The translations under genes and the position numbers were made by a program. Below are positions 37,713 through 44,574 of a DNA stretch of 44,574 nucleotides, piece by piece (the first letter of the stretch is position 1; every line of letters begins with the position of its first letter). The notes under the pieces were generated by a model, which saw only the letters and a list, made by a program, of their open reading frames with translations, had not been told where the DNA came from and made no database searches. Source of the DNA: Perkinsus chesapeaki ATCC PRA-425. Lineage: Eukaryota > Protista > Perkinsozoa. The stretch lies in contig JAAPAO010000270.1 of assembly GCA_013115145.1 (NCBI GenBank), forward strand, positions 1-44,574, in the 5' to 3' direction.

Positions 37713-40700
37713 ATGTTCAACAACGTTATCAACTATCTGACCAGCAATAAGCTAGTGAGCTCCTATAATGTTGATAAGGAGCCGGCCTGCTATGGGAACG
37801 AGCTGAGATGGAAGGTAGTGATCATAGGCAAGAGGGAGGAGACGAAGAGTTTGAAGGCTTTTGATAACGATACGGAAAGCCATCCGTCTCCGATAGAACA
37901 GTGGAGTGATAAAATTTAATATAGCTATTTATGGTTGATGACTTTGTTATATGTTGTATTAGTATGTCTGATCTATCAGTGATCAGACAGGTATGTAACA
38001 TTCGCCAACTATTGACTTCCCTCTTCCGAGCCAACTGGAGGGTAGGAAGTCCGTTTCAATGGTGGAAGAGAAATCTATCGTAGATCTATCTTTCTTTATC
38101 TTCCTTGGTCTATTAACCTAAACTTGCTATGAGGCTTGAAGGCCCTGCTGCTGGGCAGCCAGCCAGGCGCCTTAAGGTGGTCTAATGGAAATTTTCTGAC
38201 GGTATGATTCTGAAGATCTGGCCAGAGGGAAAAAGGGGTTTTCTTGGGTATAAATAAAGTACATTAGTGTTGGTAGTCTTCAATTCTTACTGAGTTCGCT
38301 GTGATAGAAATATGTGCAGTAATGAGTGCTGCTGCTGGTCTGTAACTTAGTGGTATTATTCTCTGCATAAATGTGTGATGCTTATATTATATTACTGGTA
38401 TAATATATAATTAGATCTTATAGTGATGTCATTATACTACTTAAGCATCATAACAAGTGTAATCACGTTGGGCTTTGAGAGCACTGTGGAAGGCCAATAG
38501 AATCTTATTTCAGTTGTACAACGCTACACGGCAGAAGTCTAGTACGGCTGGGCCAGCCGCGGGGCCGGTGGGAGATGACACTTCCCTTACTGTTTTCCTA
38601 TTTGAAAAGAAGACACTCGATACGAGACAGTATCCTAAGGATTATAAGGATCAGGTTTGTCCATCGGGCGACCCAGGTTCGATCCCCGCATACGTTATTT
38701 TAGATATTGGCGTCCTTGCATCGAGAAGCTACGATATTGCAGCGGCTGCGGCATCCTAATATTCTATCTGTCATTGGTAGAACGGGTTAGTGTGGAGTAA
38801 ATCTCATTCGTCATCGTAGATCCTTTGAGCGACGAGCGGCAAACGATGGCATTTGTAACGAGGCGAGTGACGCAGACTTTGGGAACAATACTGGCGGTTG
38901 ATAGGAAACAATTATCATTGATAGAGATACAAACTGGTAGTGAAGGAGAGAGGAAGAAACCCGAGTTCAAGGGAAACCGGGATTTTAGACCCCCCGGGGG
39001 GGGTCTACTTGCTATGGCGGTTTATACACGGGGATGCAAATAAGGCCCTAGTTTGTGTTATTGTGTTTTCAACTGGTAGAGGTATAACTTGCAAGCTCCC
39101 TCGGCCTTAATAGCTTTTCACAACTTCCTTTCTGATAGAGGAGGGTGAGTCGCATTCGAGTGAAAGGAATGAACATACCGTAATCATTAGGGCGTAAAGT
39201 ATTCATGAACTGTAGTTGGATGATGATGTAGGGGACGTGTTACACATATACAGATAGAGTTATAAAGTGTATATCACATAATGTGAATCCAAGTTTGATT
39301 GCTCTTTGAGGGTCTAGTTGGCAACATGGTATCACAGATCAGGAAATTTGGAGGAAATTTGGTAGAATTGTTCAGCCCTTTTGGGTTGTGATTGATATAA
39401 TATTATCTCTTTGTTAGGTCTGTTGGATATAGCATCGGCCATAGAGTTCCTTCACCATGCCAATACCTGTCATTTAGGTCTCAGTCCAAGCGCGGTAGGT
39501 TGGGGTGGTGTGTGATGGAATCTTTATAGTGCGGAGTAAGATACGTTTGTTAGATACCAGAGAGTAGATGCAGTGAGGAATGAGTATTTGGATATCTTAC
39601 TTAGATCTTTGGGCTTTCTATAGTGGCAACTAGAAACGATGGATTTTGGAAATCTTTGTGGTGCGCAACTAGGAACGATTGATTGTGGAAATCTTTATAG
39701 TGCGCAACTGGCAATAAGATTCCTTGTTGATTTAGATATTCCTAACGCCTAATGGACGGTGGGTGTTGGGTGGGCTAGCATACAGTCAGTCGCCGGTAGA
39801 ACCGGGAAAGATGGTCCCTTGCCAAGTGAGGTTTAGAGGAATAGGAGGAATGGCCGGGGGGATGATTCTCAATGAGCCACCAATAAGGTAGGTAACCCGC
39901 GCAGGTTCGATTCCTGGCAGGTGCATTTTTAGATATGCAGCTCCCGAGATGACGAGCGGGTATAGCAGTACTTGTGGGCAGTGCAGCGATGTGTTCAGTT
40001 TTGGGATCCTTGCGTAAGTCGTGATTCCATGTTCGAGTGGTTACTTTGTATGTTTGAAGACCGTTCGACCAAGGTTCTATCCCTGGTGAGAGTCATTTTG
40101 CTTTGTTAATATTCTATTCATTTTTGGGTCCTATTTGCCTATCAAGTCTTTTGTCGAACTGTCCATGAGTTAAATCCTCTCGTCGAATCGCTACGGTACA
40201 GACACTGTATCCACTGTTGGCATCGCAAAAAATGTGGCAAAAATTGAACCGAGTTTTGTAAAGCTTCCTCGGAAGTTTTTATTTTTCCGCCAACACCGTA
40301 GTTACGCTAAGATGAACTTAGCCACTTAGCCACTTAGCCTTACTTCGGCCACTTCGTACACTCGTAGCAAGTTGATCTTTACTAATGACTCCGTATACAC
40401 ATACCTTATATTTCAGCAAAATCAGCATGGGAGCTTTTCTCAAAGCATTGTTGTAGTTACGAGCTTTTCTCAAAGCATTGTTGTAGTTACGAGCTGTCTT
40501 TAACTATTGTTTTAGTTACGAGCTGTCTTTAACTATTGTTGTAGTTACGAGCTGTCTTTAACTATTGTTGTAGTTACGAGCTTTTCTCGAAGGATCGTCA
40601 GCCGCTGCTATCACGGGTAACACCGGGTGCAGATCCCACAGTGCATCAACGTGAAGTCCAGTAAGTGACTTTGGGAATTCTGACTCTTGTTGACTGGCAT

Positions 40701-43700
40701 CTTAGGAATGCTTTGCCGTTGAAGGAGGAGAATGGCCAGATCGATAACTCTGTTTTATTTGCGGTAAGTTTAATAGAAAGTTCGATATTTGACATAAGTA
40801 TCTTAAACCTAGTGGAGTGTGAGATTCCAGTGAGGACTTTACACAGAGTATATTTCCAGGGTTGCACATAATACGTAGCTATTAATAGCGGTTATGAAGT
40901 GCATATTAGTAGACAACGTTAGATTAGTGTTGGGGGTTATATAGTTGAAATGGTAGCTTTAAAAGAATCGTGAACTGTGTGAAATGGCGAACATTGTTCT
41001 GCCGAGATGTGCGTTAGTGGCATGAGTGTAGGTTTGACTACCATATTCACATAGACTGTTAATATGCATTGTCTCATAATGAGATATAATTATATTAAAT
41101 TAATACTAATATCATTAATTACCTGAATTGCTGATAGCTCAGCTTGATATTATCAACACCTGAGAATCTCCAATGGAGATTCACTCTTAGTAGCATCGTT
41201 ACTGTATAATACGTTATTGATTCTCTCGGCATCGCTCTATGATAGGTTATGTTAGTCTGTATGATTTCATTTTCCCTTTTTTCCATCAGTTACTACAGTC
41301 CATGACTCAACCTGATCCTAGCCGCCGATGTACAATAGAATCGTTCCTGAACTCTGAGTACTTTAACGACATCAACATCAAGGTATCCACTCCTTCCTCT
41401 GACGTTTCCTTCCACCAGGGGACTTTAATTTAACATTACTCATGGAATCGTCCTGAGAAAATTGTTAAGTACGCCAATGTCCACAGGAATGTCTAATCCA
41501 ACATCTAAGGTGAACCTACTGAAGGTCTGTGTCTTGGTGTGATGCTGCACGCTTCATAATATGGTCCAACGTAATTAGTATATCAGACCCTCACTTTTGC
41601 TTCTTTAAAGATGTATTCTTAAAATATGTGAAGTTATTCGGGTGTGATGCATTTAAGAACCTTACTCATTACAGCTTCTCCTTCTTCTCCAAATTAACTT
41701 GTATAAAAATATGGCCTTGAATAAGCGTATTTACATGGTTAGACTGCGCACTTGCAATGTGTTGCTTCTACTTTTTGAAGTTGCAATTAGAAATCTTTTC
41801 AGGCACTTCGATTTTTGGAGACTTTATCAGAGAAAGATGATGCGGCCCGAATAGCTTTTCTGAGAGGTAGGCAGGACTCCTACCCATTTCTATGCGTTAT
41901 TATTTCTAACATTCGTTATTATTATTATTCAACTATTTATTATTTCTAACATTCGTTATTATTTTTATTCAACTATTCATCATTTTTAACATTCAACGCT
42001 GTATCGGCCTAAAGCTCTCCCTTTTCTACAGACAGGATGGCATCCTACATTCAGCATTCGTCGCCTAGCTCTTTGAGTGAGAATTTCTTCTTGTGTGGTG
42101 CAGGCAATTAGGCGAAAATTTTTGCAGTGGGATGGCCAAGAGGCTCTTGGAACCCCCGCTGCCCTGCTCACCTTCAAGTTTTGAAATTCCGACCTTTTAT
42201 CAAAGTGCAAGGGTTTGCCGCTTGGACATTTATACGGCTTTATTATTGACTCAGCACTCGAGCCTCGACGACTCTTGTTCCCTTCAGGTCTTCCTAGGTT
42301 GCTCAACGACAAAAATTGTCCTCTCGTTGCCAGCCCTCATCTAATTAGGGAAAGGATATTGCCACCGCTTGCTGATGTAAGAGGTGCTCCGTGGCGTGTT
42401 TTTACAATATTCCTCTCAGGTTGCCCTGTCGTTCCCAGCGCTGTGGTCCTCAGCTTTACCGTGTTTGATCACAGCGTTGAAGTACGATGGTGTATGTGAC
42501 CCGCAATACTTCCAGGAAAGAATCTGGCCTCGAATTCGACCACTGTTTAGCGCGAAGGAGATATCAGTCGGTAGGCTCATTAACTGTGATGGTTTATTTG
42601 CTTGTGGGAAGTATGGTATTCACTAAAGGTTCTTGTGAACAAGTCGCATAGCTTATGATGCTTATTCCCAAGAACGGGTGTCCACTACCGAGCGTACTTC
42701 TTGGTTTTATACAAGGTTTTTATTCCTAGTGCGTGGCGTCAAAAATTCCACTTACTATTTTTAAAGCTGACGACCTCATCAAGCAGCCTATTAAGTCTAG
42801 GTCTCGAGGTGTTGGTAACTGTGTTGGCGAAGATTTAACATATGTCTATTTTGGACTCTGAAAATCGATCACGCTGTATATTAACATATAATGCACTCAG
42901 AGCGGTTTTTCCTCTTTCAGAATGTGTAACGATCCTCATTCGGAATCTGGATTTATTTATTAACAACACGACTGCGAAGGATGCCAGTGATGTGTTGGTG
43001 CCGTTTGTTTTGAGGTGTATTGAGCTTAAGGAGGATACCATCATACAGGAAGTGAGACGGACAGTTTCACGGGAAAACTCCACCAACGATCCGAATCGAA
43101 GTATTGAATCAATAGTTTGGTTCGGATCGATGGTGAGATTCTTCCAATAGTATTGATTATTGAATCTTGCCAATTCAATAGTATTGATTATTAAATCTTT
43201 CCATTCAATAGTATTGATTGCTCCACGATGCATCAACAGCACACGCAGTTGATGCCGGACGTCTCCGGTTGCTGACCTTCGATCGTAACAGAAGAAAGTG
43301 CTCTCTTTCATTTAGGTGTTTACTAGACTACCGCTCCTGCAACGACGGTTCGAGTACACCACATTACAGCATGTCCTGTTGCCTAGAATGCTCAAAATGA
43401 TGACTGATCCCAGTGAAGGTGTTCCTACTAGGATAAGGTGCCTTATTATCAACTGTATGCAAGAGATGCTACCAGTAAGGCGAAATGCGCTCTTTCTACT
43501 ACTTACAAATCTATCCTTGTTTTTTTTCATCAGCTTCTGAGGCAGAAACGAATTTTCCGGAATATATTGGTGTTCTCACCAGCACTGCCTTCAGGAGTTA
43601 ACTGTTTTTCGATGGCGTATTTAACATAGCAACCCAATGGCTTGTGGACTCCTTGCATGAAGTGTAGTGACTGGTGACTGCTGCGGCTGAGAACTGCTCC

Positions 43701-44574
43701 GGTCATATTCCAGCGAATCGTCTCTCAACTGGTTACGGTATTACTCATTATAAAATGGATATCCTACAATGCGTCCGCGTCTGTGGGCAAGTCGATTAAA
43801 ATTGGATATTAGGCATTGAAATGACGACTATGATCCAAAACCTTCACGACTGAAGCTACGAGACGGGGGAATCGATAAGTATAATTTGTATTTTGGATTT
43901 GTAAACGATAACAGTTTGTAACAACTAATGGTGTCCATTTTTAAGCAAGATGGATCCGTTCAAGCTGTTCCTCTTCCAAGGTACTGGATAACTCAACCGT
44001 CGTTGGTCCATTACTGAAGGCTTTGACAGAGACTACGGCCACGGATGGTTCTTCGCAAGTAAGGGAGAAGGAGTTTGTGGTCTATTTCTGTGGACTTGAC
44101 TTCATAGAACGCCATATAAAAAAGAGTATCACTTTGCATCGGTTGTCTACCCGATTGCGAGATATGTTCTTATCTTCTTCGGGAGAGTTCCGAAACTTAA
44201 CACTTCTCGTCAAGCATCTCACCACGGCCCGTAATGGAAAGCTTTAGAAGTTTATTTTAGATCTTGAACTGTCTTGCTTTCCACAAACAGCGGCTTATTT
44301 GGTCGCTTTCACTGAAAGCGACTCGCTCTGGTGGAAAACTGTGAGATTCCCTGGTGCGCCGCTATCCCTCATGGTTGTCCGTGTGTTCGAATCCTTCATA
44401 GACAGAGACATGAATGCAAAATGGCAACTGCACGCACTGAAATAGAGCGTTATTAATATGATTATCTGTGGATTCTTATATAGGTTTATAAGGGACATTA
44501 CTGCACGCACTGAAATAGAGCGTTATTAATATGATTATCTGTGGATTCTTATATAGGTTTATAAGGGACATTAC
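37713..44574 (+). CDS. SCY1: SCY1-like pseudokinase with HEAT repeats (SCYL2-like); 3'-partial
   Basis: In-frame exons 37713-37814, 38514-38654, 38704-38776, 38820-38936, 39418-39494, 39736-39887, 39933-40013, 40574-40660, 40706-40763, 41290-41382, 41803-41866, 42288-42376, 42420-42570, 42921-43051, 43316-43474, 43981-44058. Motifs G..LRWKLY, LQRLRHPNIL, EFLHH..CHLGLSPSAIFL (no HRD), WVLGG (no DFG), YAAPE, SDVFSFG, QPDPSRR, ALRFLETLSEKD, then helical repeats. No stop codon assigned within the window. Confidence 0.88.
38655..38703 (+). pseudogene. tRNA 3'-half-like fragment forming SCY1 intron 2
   Basis: gtttgtccatcgggcgac-ccagg-TTCGATC-cccgc-atacgtt-a-tttt-ag: anticodon-loop-like TTGTCCAT, CGGGC, GAC, B-box GGTTCGATCCC, A at the discriminator position, T4, then the 3' splice AG. 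T-stem only 3/5 paired. Confidence 0.55.
39615..39710. repeat. 39-nt tandem repeat (about 2.4 copies) in SCY1 intron 5
   Basis: ggaaatcttt..gtgcgcaact starts at 39648 and 39687, with a diverged partial copy from 39615. Confidence 0.85.
39888..39932 (+). pseudogene. tRNA 3'-fragment forming SCY1 intron 6
   Basis: gtaggtaacccgc-gcagg-TTCGATT-cctgg-caggtgc-a-ttttt-ag: T-stem 4/5 paired, discriminator A39925, T5 at 39926-39930, 3' splice AG at 39931-39932. Confidence 0.7.
40065..40099 (+). pseudogene. Degenerate tRNA 3'-fragment in SCY1 intron 7
   Basis: tcgac-caagg-TTCTATC-cctgg-tgagagtc-a-tttt: same layout with a T-loop substitution and one extra base. Located 50 nt into a 560-nt intron, not at its 3' end. 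Confidence 0.4.
40317..40356. repeat. 8-nt microsatellite (cttagcca)n with variants
   Basis: cttagccacttagccacttagccttacttcggccacttcg. Confidence 0.8.
40431..40592 (+). repeat. 29-30-nt tandem repeat (5 copies) duplicating a 3' splice site and exon start
   Basis: Units start at 40431, 40461, 40491, 40520 and 40549; each contains TAG|TTAC followed by GAGCT. AGs end at 40456, 40486, 40515, 40544 and 40573. Confidence 0.92.
41897..41994. repeat. 40-nt tandem repeat (about 2.4 copies) in SCY1 intron 11
   Basis: ttattatttctaacattcgttattat...caactat at 41897 and 41937, with a partial copy at 41977. Confidence 0.9.
43145..43219. repeat. 30-31-nt tandem repeat (about 2.5 copies) in SCY1 intron 14
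   Basis: caatagtattgatt starts at 43145, 43176 and 43206. Confidence 0.88.
44429..44574. repeat. 73-nt perfect tandem repeat (at least 2 copies, cut by the window end)
   Basis: tgcacgcactgaaatagagcg...agggacattac is identical at 44429-44501 and 44502-44574. Confidence 0.95.

Noticed and set aside
44380-44400. GTTCGAATCC near the window end
   Set aside because: T-stem pairs poorly and there is no A-TTTT 21 nt downstream, so it is not counted with the tRNA-like introns.

Overview
Eukaryotic, intron-rich protist DNA. Short 37-60 nt GT-AG introns, an alveolate-type RRM protein and a pepsin-like protease of a kind expanded in Perkinsus point to a Perkinsus-like alveolate (inference). Eight protein-coding genes were reconstructed by hand. 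The first is a complete 42-exon axonemal outer-arm beta-type dynein heavy chain (420-21199, +, 4561 aa), followed by about 2.7 kb of unexplained intergenic DNA. Next come an intronless aspartic protease (-), an orphan gene (+), a SIL1/Fes1-type ER nucleotide-exchange factor ending in KDEL (-), a Ser/Thr kinase (-) and a polyQ RRM protein (-). The last two are an aldo-keto reductase with signal peptide and C-terminal DDEL (+) and a SCY1-like pseudokinase (+) that runs off the window. No rRNA, complete tRNA, CRISPR array or transposase was seen. The main signal is three short spliceosomal introns (36163, 38655, 39888), plus a degenerate copy in a long intron (40065), that contain the 3' end of a tRNA gene. 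Each has a T-arm/B-box, an acceptor strand, an A at the discriminator position and a Pol III-like T-run at canonical spacing. In the three short introns the T-run sits directly before an AG, and in one the T-loop GT is the 5' splice site. No matching 5' tRNA halves are adjacent. The SCY1 gene also has a five-fold tandem duplication of a splice acceptor and several other intronic minisatellites, and dynein intron 12 holds a 26-bp miRNA-like hairpin.
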